Assembly: GCA_963777155.1 (NCBI GenBank)
Contig: CAVZPM010000011.1
Location: forward strand, 1 to 64,000
Source of the DNA: Candidatus Bathyarchaeota archaeon
GTDB lineage: Archaea; Thermoproteota; Bathyarchaeia; Bathyarchaeales; Bathycorpusculaceae
Length of the DNA stretch: 64,000 nucleotides
Direction: 5' to 3'
Shown here: in pieces, positions 19,923 to 30,625 of the stretch
Layout of the letters: each line of letters begins with the position of its first letter
Position numbering within the stretch: the stretch's first letter is position 1
Made by a program: the position numbers and the translations under genes
Notes under the pieces: generated by a model
What the model saw: only the letters and a program-made list of their open reading frames with translations
Database searches by the model: none
What the model was told of the DNA's origin: nothing

Positions 19923-20399
19923 TTATAGGCGTTTTGTCATTACGTATGCGTCTTCGCCGTCGGAATAGTAGCCGTTGACTGTTCGGGTTATTTCAAAGCC
20001 CAGCTTCTTGTAGAGTGAAATGCCTGTTTCATTTGTTACGCGCACTTCAAGGAAGCATTGTTTGCCCTTGTAGTATTCAATGCCTTCTAGTGCTTTTTTA
20101 ATTAATGCTGAAGCTATGCCTTTACGTCTGCTCTGTGGCATTACAGCGATGGAAACCACATGTCCTTTTCGTATTAATCCGCCTAGCCCAAAATTAGATA
20201 ATCCGACTTCGATTCGGCACATGATGTAGCCTGCAACTTTTCCGTTTTCTTCTGCTACAATGAAGGCTTCTGGGAACCTTTGGTGCAAGTCCACGAAGAA
20301 GAAGTCTGTGTAGTTTTCTGGTAAGCATACCCGGTTGATTTGCATGACGTTTTGTAGGTCGTCGGGGACGAATTTGCGTATCGTAAAGGTTTGCTGCAT
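19923..20399 (-). CDS. N-terminal acetyltransferase (Ard1/RimI family)
   Basis: CLPENY, GHVVSIAV, RRKGIA, LEVRVTN, YYSDGEDAY. Confidence 0.9.
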   Translation of the reverse strand: MQQTFTIRKFVPDDLQNVMQINRVCLPENYTDFFFVDLHQRFPEAFIVAEENGKVAGYIMCRIEVGLSNFGLGGLIRKGHVVSIAVMPQSRRKGIASALIKKALEGIEYYKGKQCFLEVRVTNETGISLYKKLGFEITRTVNGYYSDGEDAYVMTKRL

Positions 20400-20484
20400 C
20401 TTTTCGCCTTATCCTAAACCAGATTTCACCGTTTAGACTTAAAGGTTGCGCTTTAAGAATCAACCAATATTTTAACTCAAATGT

Positions 20485-21768
20485 CTAAGCTTTGGTTTCC
20501 TCTGGCGCCTTAAACACTGGCAAGGTGTGGTTACCCTGTGGCATCGCCCAAACACGTGACGCTGAACCAGCAATCTTTAAGGCTTCGTTCAGCGCATCGT
20601 TGACGGCGCGGGCGGTTTTGAGTTTGAAGATGCTTGTTGCGTAATAATCGGGCATGGAGGAGACCAGTATGATTTGGTGGTTTTGCAGCGCTTTTAATAG
20701 GTAGTAGGCTTTGTGTCCGCCCATAACAAAGTTGCGTTTAACTTCACGTTCGACGTTTTTAAGGTCTCCAAGACGGGTCATCCAGTCGTAGAACACTTGA
20801 TTTCCGTGTCCCTCGGGGCATTCAGCGACCAAAATAATGACTCCCCCTCGTTTAACAGCTTCCAACGCGTTGTCTATGCCTTTGTAGGCTTGGTAGAGGT
20901 TCATGTCGTCTGGGTATCCGCCTGCGCTGACAACAATAATATCTGCTCGTCGGTCAATATTGACACGGAACATTTCATCAACCAGCTTAACGCCTTCTAA
21001 GAATGCTGCCTCCAAATCGCCGGCGAAGGCTTTTACGATTTCACCTTTCTTGTTTTCGACTACGTTAACTATGAAATCGACTTTGGCTAAGCGTGCTGCT
21101 TCAGTCATATCTATATGCACGGGATTATCTTCGAGGTTGCCTGTCCTAGCATTAGCATTCAACAATAGGGAATGGTTGTTTTGGATGGTTTCGCCACCGC
21201 AAATGGCTGGCAGGACACTTTTTCTGCCACCGCCATAACCTGCATAATAATGAAGATTTATGTCTCCAAGCAGCACTTTTACGTCTGCTTCTGCGAAGGT
21301 ACGATTAACGTAGATTTTGTTACCGTGCGTTTTGGTGGTACCTACGTAAACCAAATCTTGGCCAGTGCAGCAATGGCTTAGACTTCTCACACGTTTGAGA
21401 GCTTCTTCACCGATTAATTCTGTTGCTTCTTCAGGTTTAACCGCCCGATGGGTTCCGCAGCCAAAAATAACTGAAACATTTTCATCTTTTACACCTGCTG
21501 CGTTGAGCTCAGCCAGCACTGGTACAAGCATCCTTTCACTGGGTGCTTTACGGGTGGCATCATCCACTACTATAGCGACTTTGCTCTCGGGTTTAGCAAT
21601 TTCACATAGTTGTTTGGAGCCAATGGGTTCCTTGAGCGCCCGTTCAACTTCTGCTTTGGGGTCGGCGGCTCCTCGTTGGTCTTTAGGTTCGATTGTACCA
21701 AGTAAGTTTCGGGCTGGAATTCGGACGCATACGTCGGTTTTTCCGTAGGGAAGCCAAACATCAACCAT
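20485..21768 (-). CDS. larA: nickel-pincer lactate racemase family protein
   Basis: DDATR, GTHR, HYYAGYGGGRKS, GGYPDD.NLYQ; substrate unknown. Confidence 0.85.
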   Translation of the reverse strand: MVDVWLPYGKTDVCVRIPARNLLGTIEPKDQRGAADPKAEVERALKEPIGSKQLCEIAKPESKVAIVVDDATRKAPSERMLVPVLAELNAAGVKDENVSVIFGCGTHRAVKPEEATELIGEEALKRVRSLSHCCTGQDLVYVGTTKTHGNKIYVNRTFAEADVKVLLGDINLHYYAGYGGGRKSVLPAICGGETIQNNHSLLLNANARTGNLEDNPVHIDMTEAARLAKVDFIVNVVENKKGEIVKAFAGDLEAAFLEGVKLVDEMFRVNIDRRADIIVVSAGGYPDDMNLYQAYKGIDNALEAVKRGGVIILVAECPEGHGNQVFYDWMTRLGDLKNVEREVKRNFVMGGHKAYYLLKALQNHQIILVSSMPDYYATSIFKLKTARAVNDALNEALKIAGSASRVWAMPQGNHTLPVFKAPEETKA

Positions 21769-21970
21769 GATAGGTCACGTACTGAGTTATCATCTCGACG
21801 TAAGAAACTATTAAGCCTTATCAAGATAGCGATATTTTCGAAGAAAAGAAATACAGAGAAAACTGTGTAAGGGGTTATTTTTTCTTGCGAGCATTAATGC
21901 GCCAAGCTTTTTTGAATGCATAACTTCTTTAAAACGCTCCTAGCATAGTTATTTGTGAGGAATCAAGACA

Positions 21971-22660
21971 ATGTCAATCAAGAAAACTCCCGAGAAGAAT
22001 AGCGTACTTTTTGTTTGGCTCAACAACTACGCGGGAATACTCTTGAAAACTCCGTCAAAAACACTTGTTATCGATCCAGTTGACGTTAAAGCCAAAAACC
22101 TCCAAAATATCGATGCTATCCTCATTACCCATGAACACTACGATCACCTTGATCCACACTTAATCACAGAGATTCAGAAAGCCACGGGTTGTATTGTAAT
22201 CGCTGATGTTGCATCTGCTAAAAAACTCCAACTTGCCATACCCAAAGAAAAACTTCAAGCAATCAAACCCGGAATGGAAACAAAAGTCGGCGAAGTATCA
22301 GTCAAAGCGGAAAAAAGCAACCACCCAGCACAAGCCCCAGTAACCTACATTATAACCAGCGAAGACCAAGTCAAAATCTACCACACCTCAGACAGTTTAC
22401 CCTTCCCCGAACTGGCCAAGATGGGGCAAAAAGAGAATTTTGACGTTGTATTCTGTACAGTCGGAATTGCTCCGAGTTCTACGCCGCAAACAGGTTTTGA
22501 GATTGCACGTCTAACCAAACCACAAATAGCAGTCCCGTATCACACTGCAACCGCTACAGGCCAAAAGGAATTTGCGGAGCTGATTAAGATGGAGCTCCAT
22601 AGAACGGCATGTTTGATCCCTGAACAAAACAAGATTTATCAGATTTCAAAGAGGAAGTGA
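21971..22660 (+). CDS. MBL-fold metallo-hydrolase
   Basis: THEHYDH, IYHTSD, VPYH. Confidence 0.85.
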   Translation: MSIKKTPEKNSVLFVWLNNYAGILLKTPSKTLVIDPVDVKAKNLQNIDAILITHEHYDHLDPHLITEIQKATGCIVIADVASAKKLQLAIPKEKLQAIKPGMETKVGEVSVKAEKSNHPAQAPVTYIITSEDQVKIYHTSDSLPFPELAKMGQKENFDVVFCTVGIAPSSTPQTGFEIARLTKPQIAVPYHTATATGQKEFAELIKMELHRTACLIPEQNKIYQISKRK

Positions 22661-23298
22661 AAAATGTGAAAACCCAACCTGCAAACATTCCCCAGAAAGA
22701 ACGAATGGCAAATATACTGTTCAAGATTGATGCCTTAAAATTCGGAGTCTTCAAGCTTAGTAGCGGAAAAGCAAGTCCCTACTACGTGGATCTGAGAGTG
22801 ATTCCCAGCTTCCCCGATCCTTTCCATGAAATCTGCGAAGCATACGCCCAATACATATCCCGCGAAATCGGAATCAAAAGCTTTGACCGCATAGCAGCCA
22901 TACCTCTGGCAGGAATCCCGTTTGCATCCCAAATCGCCTATAACCTCAAAAAACCCTTCCTTTACGTGCGCAAAGGCATCCACTTGCACGGTAGAGAGCG
23001 AAGAGTAGAAGGAATCCTATCTTCAGGAGACAAAGTCTTGTTAATCGACGACTTACTCACAACAGGCTTAACGTTAAAGAAAGCAGCTGGCGCTGTAAGA
23101 GCTGAAGGTGGAGTTGTTACAGAAGCGGTTGTTTTTTTGGATCGCGAAGAAGGCGGAAAACAGCTGCTTGAGAAGAACGGAATGCGACTTCATGCGTTAT
23201 TAAAAATGAGTGAAGTAGCCAATACGCTTTATGAAATGGGCGCAATTGATGAGGAAAGCCTAAAGACCATTCTAAAACAGGTAAAAAAGCCGCGTTAA
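22657..23298 (+). CDS. pyrE: orotate phosphoribosyltransferase
   Basis: FKLSSGKASPYYVDLR, LIDDLLTTG. Confidence 0.9.
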   Translation: MKNVKTQPANIPQKERMANILFKIDALKFGVFKLSSGKASPYYVDLRVIPSFPDPFHEICEAYAQYISREIGIKSFDRIAAIPLAGIPFASQIAYNLKKPFLYVRKGIHLHGRERRVEGILSSGDKVLLIDDLLTTGLTLKKAAGAVRAEGGVVTEAVVFLDREEGGKQLLEKNGMRLHALLKMSEVANTLYEMGAIDEESLKTILKQVKKPR

Positions 23299-23302
23299 AG
23301 GT

Positions 23303-23863
23303 TTAATCGTAGAAGATCAGAGTGGTTTGTTCGAGTAGCGTATGCAATTTATCCACCGCATCAAAGACATCCTGCTCTTTTTTGGCGCCTGTACAGACCA
23401 GTTTTCCGCTGGCAAAAAGCAGGATTACAACTTTCGGCTCCACCATACGGTAAATCAAGCCAGGAAACTGCTCAGGTTCATACATGGCGTGCTCTAGGGT
23501 GTAAGCCGCTTTTTCTAGATCAATCATGCCTCCAAGCCCGCCTGAAGCAACTATGTTTTGGATTTTCATTTCAGGTTTGCTGATGATTATTATGCCGCCT
23601 TTCTTAAGTTCCTTGACAACTTTCATAACTGCCCGACGGGCTTCTTTCTCTGATTTTGCACCTGTGCAAACCATCTTTCCGGAACTGAAAATTAGTGTGG
23701 CAGTCTTTGGGCGTTTTAGGCGAAAAACCAAGCCGGGAAACTGTTCAGGTCGGTATTCTACTCCTGGGTAGCCTTTCACGACTGCGTTTAAGTCGACTTT
23801 TTGGTTAAGTGTTGCAGAAGCGACAACGTTCTCGACGCTTATTGTTGCTTTAACCTTTGGCAA
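23303..23863 (-). CDS. tbp: TATA-box binding protein
   Basis: two repeats of ENVVAS/QNIVAS and YxPEQFPGL, with SGK.VCTGAK. Confidence 0.97.
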   Translation of the reverse strand: MPKVKATISVENVVASATLNQKVDLNAVVKGYPGVEYRPEQFPGLVFRLKRPKTATLIFSSGKMVCTGAKSEKEARRAVMKVVKELKKGGIIIISKPEMKIQNIVASGGLGGMIDLEKAAYTLEHAMYEPEQFPGLIYRMVEPKVVILLFASGKLVCTGAKKEQDVFDAVDKLHTLLEQTTLIFYD

Positions 23864-23932
23864 ACAGTTTCTCCCTCTTAAATTCGCCTTTCTTGAATGT
23901 TCATTTATCAAATGCTTTCTTTATAAAGACAT

Positions 23933-24607
23933 CTATACCGCAGTAGTCTTTGCGGTCTGTTGTTCAGATCTAATTCTTTTCTCTTTAACTATCGGCAGCA
24001 CAAATTCGATGACCACAAGCAAAACTATGAGCGCAACAACCAGCGGCAAAGCCCAATCATTGCCTTTCATGAAGAGTGTTATCCAACCAAACCATGGAAT
24101 TCGCAAAATAACCTTGCCTTCGACGAGGTCTTGGGGAACGCCTCTTGAATCAGGAATGTTATCATAGTAGTTTGAAACTGCAGGATATTTTATGGGTGAG
24201 TTGCCATCGCCTTTAGTTTTGAAGTATAGGGTGCCATTAATTTCTTGTTTTTCAACTATGCGGTGAACTATGGGTGTGACCCCGTTGGGGTTTTTGTAGA
24301 CTATGATGTCGCTGTTTGGGTAGTTGGCGTTTAGATCAGCTGGATTTACAGCTTGAATAATTATGATGTCACCTTTGTGTAAGGTTTGGGCAAACGGATG
24401 ATTCAATGAGAGCCAACCATCACATGCGCTGTCATAGGGAACGCACATGCTACCGCTCTCAACTACTCTGACTGGAACAGGTGTCCCCAGAGCCAGCACC
24501 ATACCAACATAGAAACCTACTAAAATTGCGATAATCAGACCGATTGCGAGAGCAGTTTTGAAATATTCGTTCTTCCACAGCTTCCTTAAGTCAATCACTT
24601 TTTGCAT
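23933..24607 (-). CDS. signal peptidase I (Sec11-type)
   Basis: VESGSM, KGD, IVHR, TKGDGN. Confidence 0.9.
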   Translation of the reverse strand: MQKVIDLRKLWKNEYFKTALAIGLIIAILVGFYVGMVLALGTPVPVRVVESGSMCVPYDSACDGWLSLNHPFAQTLHKGDIIIIQAVNPADLNANYPNSDIIVYKNPNGVTPIVHRIVEKQEINGTLYFKTKGDGNSPIKYPAVSNYYDNIPDSRGVPQDLVEGKVILRIPWFGWITLFMKGNDWALPLVVALIVLLVVIEFVLPIVKEKRIRSEQQTAKTTAV

Positions 24608-24723
24608 CGGACCTGAATATCCCGTTGATTAACAAATGCTTGGTTTTAAAACTACCGCTTTCTGCAAAAAAAGAAAAAGTAGAGAGAGTGCGAATATGCA
24701 CTCTTTTTGGGTTAGGTTGCAGT

Positions 24724-24897
24724 TTATATTTTTTGTTTACTTAGTACTTCGCGGAATACGTTGCCGCATTTTGTTGGGCATTCGTAGAGTCCGATTTCTA
24801 GTTGCATGCGTTTTCCAGCTTTATCTGGACGCCCTGCCATTTTCCATGTCTTTTTTGGCTTTGCTACTTCGGTTCCGCATTTTGGACATTTAGCCAT
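24724..24897 (-). CDS. Cren7-like chromatin protein with a Zn ribbon (57 aa, absent from the ORF track)
   Basis: MAKCPKCGTEVAKPKKTWKMAGRPDKAGKRMQLEIGLYECPTKCGNVFREVLSKQKI; GGAGG RBS. Confidence 0.75.
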   Translation of the reverse strand: MAKCPKCGTEVAKPKKTWKMAGRPDKAGKRMQLEIGLYECPTKCGNVFREVLSKQKI

Positions 24898-25203
24898 TTA
24901 TTTTCCTCCGTATAGTCGCTTCCATGCTTTAGATTGATGGAATAAAAGACTTTCCGTAGCTTTCCCATAGATATTTTTCCTTTCAACATTCCGATTAGAC
25001 ATTTTCTTGTCAAGCACATGGAGGAAGGATAAAAGAAGCATCAAAAATCAACAGTTGAATACGTAGATATTCGCTTAGAACAATACCAATAAAACACCCC
25101 ATAACCAAAAAAACGTTAAGACCCCTTCATAACCATGACTTTCCGCCCCAACTTCTTTTATACCCCAAACTAAGCATATCTTTCGAAGAGTAGAGGTTCA
25201 ATT

Positions 25204-28077
25204 TTGCAATCCACTTCTGAAAATGCCTTTGAAATGCTCGTGAAGCCAGTGCGAAGGCTCGTTGAGCAGAAGGGATTCCAAAGGCCAACTGAACCTCAAC
25301 AGAAAACAATACCTCTAATCCTTGAAGGCAAAAATGTCCTTTTACTATCACCAACCGCCACAGGCAAGACAGAAGCTGCATTCCTTCCCATCCTAAGCAT
25401 GCTTCTGCAGTTGCCAAAAACCCCTGGCATAAAAGTGCTTTATATAACACCTCTTCGGGCGCTCAACCGTGACTTGCTTGAACGGCTCCAATGGTGGTGT
25501 AACAACCTAGATATCAAGTTGGCTGTGCGGCACGGCGATACCGAGACCAAAGAGCGTACTCGCCAATCTCGATGCCCCCCAGATATCCTCATAACTACCC
25601 CCGAAACCCTCCAAGCCATACTTACCGGGTGGTTGTTGCGTCAGAGCTTGCAAAGTCTTCGCTGGATAGTCATCGACGAAGTGCATGAGCTTGCGGACAG
25701 TAAACGCGGAAGCCAACTCTCCCTTGCGTTGGAACGCATTAGAGATTTAATCGGTAAGGACTTTCAGATGGTTGGGTTGTCAGCAACCGTAGGTAGCCCA
25801 GATAAAGTTGCCCAGTTCCTGGTCGGCGACAAAAGACCCGTTGAAATTATCAGAACCCCAGTTGCCAAGCTGGTGAAGCTTCAGGTAATCTACCCTAAGC
25901 CAACCGAAGAAGATGCCCATTTTGCCTCCAAAATCTATACCCACCCTGAAGTGGGTGCTAGACTGCGCATAATCCGCGACTACATGACCAAACACAAATC
26001 GGTGCTTCTTTTTACAAACACTCGGTCGGTTTCGGAGGTTTTGGCTTCCCGCTTCAAAGTTTGGGATGTAGATTTCCCAATTTCAATTCATCATGGTTCT
26101 CTTGCTAAACCTTCACGCATAGCTGCTGAAACTGGTCTCAAAAAAGGAGCACTCAAAGGGCTAATCGCCACCAGTAGCCTTGAACTCGGCATCGATGTTG
26201 GACACATAGACTTAGTAATTCAGTATATGAGTCCAAGACAGGTTTCACGGTTGATTCAGCGGGTTGGCAGGGCAGGGCACACCTACGGGAAGCTGTCTGA
26301 AGGCGTAATTATCGGTATGGATTCCGATGACACTCTTGAAGCGTTGGTTATTGCGCGACGGGCTTTGGGCGAAGAGCTAGAACCTCTTTCTATTCCCGAC
26401 AAGCCCTACGATGTCTTGGCGCATCAAATCGCTGGGCTACTACTTAAAAATCGCCGCTTTGCCTTCAACGAGATTTTGCAGATCGCCAAAAACGCAGCGC
26501 CATTCGAAAACCTAACGATAGCTGACGTGGAAAAAATTCTCAAATATATGCACAATCGTTTCCCCCGTTTAGCCTGGGCATCTTTTGAAGACCAAGTTGT
26601 TTTGCGTCCGCAACGGACCAAAGCGTTGTTTGAATACTACTTTGATAACCTCTCTATGATTCCAGAGGAAAAGCAGTTTCTAGTTATAGATGAATCAACG
26701 GATACGTCTATCGGAGTTTTAGATGAAGCCTTCATGGCAGAGTATGGTAAACCTGGGACCAAATTCATTATCCGAGGCAGCCCATGGCAAATCATCCATG
26801 TAACCGAAGAAAAAGTCTACGTTCGACCTGTCGATGATCCTACAGGCTCAATTCCCAGCTGGATTGGCGAGGAAATTCCTGTTCCATACGAGATAGCGCA
26901 GGAACTGGCCGAAATAAGAGGTTTCGTGGAGGAGAAGACCCAAAGCGGTGCTTCAGGCGAACAAATCAGCGCAATGCTTGCTGAACGTTACCCCGCCGAC
27001 AAAGAGACGATTCTGCATGCTCTTGAAGAAACCTTGGAGCAAGTGCATAGCGGATATCCTGTTCCCACTCCCAAGCGCATTGTCGTTGAGGATTGGACTG
27101 AATTCGTCATTGTCCACTCGAATTTTGGTTCCCTCATAAATCGAGCGTTCGCCCAGTTTTTGGGGCAAATATTATCCGACAAACTTGGACGCGGCATAGT
27201 GGTTCAGCATGACCCCTACCGTATCTTTGTACAAACCATGGGAGCCATGACAGCAGAGCGACTCGTCGAAGTACTAAAAGAAATACAGGGTATGAATGAA
27301 CAAGCAATCAAGAACACGCTAACGTTGTCAACCGTAAAAACTGGATTGTTTAAGCGCCGCGTCATTCAGGTTGCAAGACGTTTTGGTGCATTAAAGAAGT
27401 GGGCTGATTTTGGTAGCGTAAGCATCCAAAAGCTGATAACGAGTTTTGAAGGAACCCCAATTTATGAGGAAGGGCTCAAAGAAGTTTTCTCCAAAGACCT
27501 CGACGGAGATGGATTAGTAATGGTGCTTGGACGACTACGCGATAGTTTGGTGCGGTTGCAGGTGGTCGAGACAGGCGGTAACGCGACTCCTGTTGCTCGG
27601 GTAGGCATTGAACGAGTCAGCATGAAGACTGATCTTATTCCACCCGAACAGATGCGCGCTGTGCTGGTTGAATCAGCTAAGGCACGGCTGCTAAACGAGA
27701 CAGGCAACTTTGTCTGTACCGCTTGCTGGGATTACATGGAGTCAATACGTATCAAAGACCTTCCCGACAAACCCAAGTGCCCAAGATGTGGATCTTTTGC
27801 GATTGGAATGCTGAAGATTGAAGAGGAGAAGGCTTTACCGCTGATTGAAAAACGTGGTGTAAAGTTGGCGAAGAATGAGGAGAAGATGCAGATGCACGCT
27901 CGGCAATCGGCTGAGTTGATTGAAAAATATGGCAAAGCAGCTGCAGTCGCGTTGAGTGGACGAAGAGTTTCCGCGGCAGATGTTAGAGCTGTCTTGGAGA
28001 AGGAGCCTAAGCTTTCAGACAAGCTCTACGAATTAGTTTTGGAAGCTGAAAGAAAGGTACTGAACAAGCGGTTCTGA
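25204..28077 (+). CDS. lhr: Lhr-like SF2 helicase with a C-terminal Zn finger
   Basis: PTATGKT, TTPETL, DEVH, LSAT, QRVGRAGH, CTAC/CPRC. Confidence 0.92.
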   Translation: MQSTSENAFEMLVKPVRRLVEQKGFQRPTEPQQKTIPLILEGKNVLLLSPTATGKTEAAFLPILSMLLQLPKTPGIKVLYITPLRALNRDLLERLQWWCNNLDIKLAVRHGDTETKERTRQSRCPPDILITTPETLQAILTGWLLRQSLQSLRWIVIDEVHELADSKRGSQLSLALERIRDLIGKDFQMVGLSATVGSPDKVAQFLVGDKRPVEIIRTPVAKLVKLQVIYPKPTEEDAHFASKIYTHPEVGARLRIIRDYMTKHKSVLLFTNTRSVSEVLASRFKVWDVDFPISIHHGSLAKPSRIAAETGLKKGALKGLIATSSLELGIDVGHIDLVIQYMSPRQVSRLIQRVGRAGHTYGKLSEGVIIGMDSDDTLEALVIARRALGEELEPLSIPDKPYDVLAHQIAGLLLKNRRFAFNEILQIAKNAAPFENLTIADVEKILKYMHNRFPRLAWASFEDQVVLRPQRTKALFEYYFDNLSMIPEEKQFLVIDESTDTSIGVLDEAFMAEYGKPGTKFIIRGSPWQIIHVTEEKVYVRPVDDPTGSIPSWIGEEIPVPYEIAQELAEIRGFVEEKTQSGASGEQISAMLAERYPADKETILHALEETLEQVHSGYPVPTPKRIVVEDWTEFVIVHSNFGSLINRAFAQFLGQILSDKLGRGIVVQHDPYRIFVQTMGAMTAERLVEVLKEIQGMNEQAIKNTLTLSTVKTGLFKRRVIQVARRFGALKKWADFGSVSIQKLITSFEGTPIYEEGLKEVFSKDLDGDGLVMVLGRLRDSLVRLQVVETGGNATPVARVGIERVSMKTDLIPPEQMRAVLVESAKARLLNETGNFVCTACWDYMESIRIKDLPDKPKCPRCGSFAIGMLKIEEEKALPLIEKRGVKLAKNEEKMQMHARQSAELIEKYGKAAAVALSGRRVSAADVRAVLEKEPKLSDKLYELVLEAERKVLNKRF

Positions 28078-28100
28078 GAACACTATTACTTTTTTATTAC

Positions 28101-28123
28101 ACTCAATTTTTGGCAAATTGAGT
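28101..28123. terminator. inverted repeat between the convergent lhr and GT87 genes
   Basis: ACTCAATTT-N5-AAATTGAGT in a T-rich context. Confidence 0.45.
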
Positions 28124-28130
28124 TTTCTAG

Positions 28131-29060
28131 TTATGAGTTCATATTAGCTTGTATTTGCCTTTGAGATTTTGTTTCACTTAAAAAACGTACCTTCAGTCTC
28201 TTTTCAAATATCGTAGCTACCTCAAGTACGGATAGTGCTGCGACGGCGATTATAGGAACTAAATCGTATGAATATATCTGTGAGACGATGTCGCTATTAA
28301 CTTCGATTCGCAAAAAGTCTAGTCCTATGTTGTAGTAAAAGAAAAAGGGCAAGTTTAACGCCGCAAGAAATGCAACTATACCCACACCGAACTTTAGCAG
28401 TTTTTGCCTGTTGTACCATAGAAGCAGAGGAAGCGCAAGAAGAGCAACACGTGGATCAAATGCGCCTATTGCAAATAGCAACGCGGAAAGCCATGGTTTT
28501 TTAGAGAACCCAAAATACAAAGCGCCTACGATAAGAGAAGTCTGAATTATATGGGCGTTTGCTTGAGCATAGCCCCAATAGTAACCTGGTTGGAAAGCAA
28601 CTAAGATGACGAAGGCTACTACAGCGGCTCCTACAAGCTTTTTGTCTTTAACAATTTTGTAGACAAAAAATGCTAGGGCAAAGATAGAAATAAATTGTAG
28701 TATGTCAAAAACGTTAAGCGCATTTTGGTAACTTAAACTCAAAAAAGGTGCAAAAAAAACCAGGAAGGAAGGCGTGTACTTGAAGGTTTGGACGTTTGGG
28801 GGAATGTAGTAATCGCCTGGTTGATTGCCGCCTATGTAGATTGTGGTCGGATTGTTGAATAATCTCCACTCTCCGATGTAGTAAGCAGAAAAATCTCGTG
28901 CATAAATTGATGACATCGGCTTAAATGTTTCTGGATAGGCAAGACTAAAAGTGTAAGCGTTTAGCGCCAATGCTATGGTTATGACTGAAATGAGGATTAA
29001 CTTGTTGGTTTTCGACTGCAATTTCCGTTTTACCCAACATTTGGGTGGAAGAGATTTCAT
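28131..29060 (-). CDS. GT87/DUF2029-like GT-C membrane glycosyltransferase
   Basis: RDFSAYY, FKYTP, QAN motifs; polytopic. Confidence 0.75.
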   Translation of the reverse strand: MKSLPPKCWVKRKLQSKTNKLILISVITIALALNAYTFSLAYPETFKPMSSIYARDFSAYYIGEWRLFNNPTTIYIGGNQPGDYYIPPNVQTFKYTPSFLVFFAPFLSLSYQNALNVFDILQFISIFALAFFVYKIVKDKKLVGAAVVAFVILVAFQPGYYWGYAQANAHIIQTSLIVGALYFGFSKKPWLSALLFAIGAFDPRVALLALPLLLWYNRQKLLKFGVGIVAFLAALNLPFFFYYNIGLDFLRIEVNSDIVSQIYSYDLVPIIAVAALSVLEVATIFEKRLKVRFLSETKSQRQIQANMNS

Positions 29061-29176
29061 TATTTTACCAAAAGTATTGTAACAAGTTATTAGCTTTTCG
29101 TGAACTCAATAATAAGATATTTCCTTATAATTTTGGAAGTGTTGAGCATCCAAAATCATTTCGTCTTCTCATCCCA

Positions 29177-30625
29177 TCACCTTGGGATAACTGCTAGAAA
29201 TGGTTCGGGGCTCATTTCTACGGTTGCGTACACTGCTAGGGCTATGCTCCAGAAGACGTCGTCATGTGTTCCGTTTGGATGTGAGTAGCCTATGGCGCCA
29301 TCCTTCCGCAGGTCATAGCGTTCGACGTTTAGCTCTGTACAGATGTCGCCTCGGTAGGGTCGTTCCCAGTTTAGCAGTGGATAGTAGAATTTGCCGTTGG
29401 TCATGCGCTGCTTTAGTAGGCTTGCCATCTCGCTTTTTCGTGGCACGCTAAAGTTTACGCCTTCAGCGTTGTCGATTCCAGCGGTTGTCATGTCGGCAAT
29501 TATGCTTGGTCCTTCACGAGTGAAATCTACACGAATTTTTTGGAATCCGCCCCAACGATCTTGAAGCGCCTTGAGATAACCAAGGACTTGAGCGTACATC
29601 GTTGGCTGCTTGAAAATCTCGATGTGCCTCAAAAAAAGGCTGTCGTTCAGCCGCTCAATAACTGAAAGCACGCAGTAATCCCTTGTTTGAGCCAGGTCTA
29701 ATCCCGCAAAGAAATCGCCTTCATAGGTGTCTTCAGGATTGTACTCTTGAAGGTCGACGCCGCAATTCTTCTTGGTGCCAATACAGCTAACAATTAGGCT
29801 TTGAGATAGCCAAACGTCTTCATCCTCAGCCCACTCAGCCTCCATCTCCCGACACCAACGTTGTGGATCATTCCCGAACTGACGCTTAATCTTCTCAACC
29901 ATCGCAGGATTCAAAGGACCATCAGGTGCCATGGCATCGCTCCATCGCACATGAGACCGCGCAAAATCATCAAAATCTTTATGGTTAAACATTCTCCAAA
30001 ACAAACTATCGGTATTAAAAGGCGTGGAAGTAGCAATCAGTTTGCCGTTGGTCGTTCCAAGCGTAAATAGAACCGAATCATACAAATCCTCGTCATTTGG
30101 AATAAAATTTGCTTCTTCGATCCAGATTACTTTGAAGGTTGGTCCCCTTATTGTATCGGGGTTGTTTGGAAAAGCCTCAATCACGCTACCATTGGGTAGA
30201 GTTATCCTGGTTTTTTGTATTTGCAATCCTGGTTGCTGAGGAAGCTTTCTAGCGAAACCTCCCATTCGCCTGATGTTTAGTTTTGTTTGGCGAAAACTGG
30301 GTCCAACAATCGCAATATAGCTGTCAGAATGATCCCACGCATATTTCAGAAGCAAAGCTGAAACACAAAAACTCTTGCCCGTTTGACGAGACCAGCGGAC
30401 TGCAGTAAACTGATTCTTATCAAATAAATCTGCCAATTCGAGTTGATACTTAAAGGGAGTAAAACCGAAAATCTCTTCAAAGAACCGTTTAGCATCTCCC
30501 CTTAGGGCGTAAGCTTCAGCGCCCTTTTCTATTTCAATTGCGCATTCATTCTCGAAGAGCCGTGCCCGCTCGGAAAAGAGCCTATTAGGACTTAGGGTTC
30601 TGCGATTTTTTGATGACTTCAGCAT
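29177..30625 (-). CDS. terminase large subunit (Terminase_6 family)
   Basis: YQ adenine motif, RQTGKS Walker A, IRG, WIEEA Walker B, TSTP, RNase H-like GLDLA / RVD / HDD. Confidence 0.9.
   Translation of the reverse strand: MLKSSKNRRTLSPNRLFSERARLFENECAIEIEKGAEAYALRGDAKRFFEEIFGFTPFKYQLELADLFDKNQFTAVRWSRQTGKSFCVSALLLKYAWDHSDSYIAIVGPSFRQTKLNIRRMGGFARKLPQQPGLQIQKTRITLPNGSVIEAFPNNPDTIRGPTFKVIWIEEANFIPNDEDLYDSVLFTLGTTNGKLIATSTPFNTDSLFWRMFNHKDFDDFARSHVRWSDAMAPDGPLNPAMVEKIKRQFGNDPQRWCREMEAEWAEDEDVWLSQSLIVSCIGTKKNCGVDLQEYNPEDTYEGDFFAGLDLAQTRDYCVLSVIERLNDSLFLRHIEIFKQPTMYAQVLGYLKALQDRWGGFQKIRVDFTREGPSIIADMTTAGIDNAEGVNFSVPRKSEMASLLKQRMTNGKFYYPLLNWERPYRGDICTELNVERYDLRKDGAIGYSHPNGTHDDVFWSIALAVYATVEMSPEPFLAVIPR

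Noticed and set aside
24636-24893. 85-aa plus-strand ORF
   Set aside because: Antisense shadow of the Cren7-like gene, which has the RBS and recognisable motifs.
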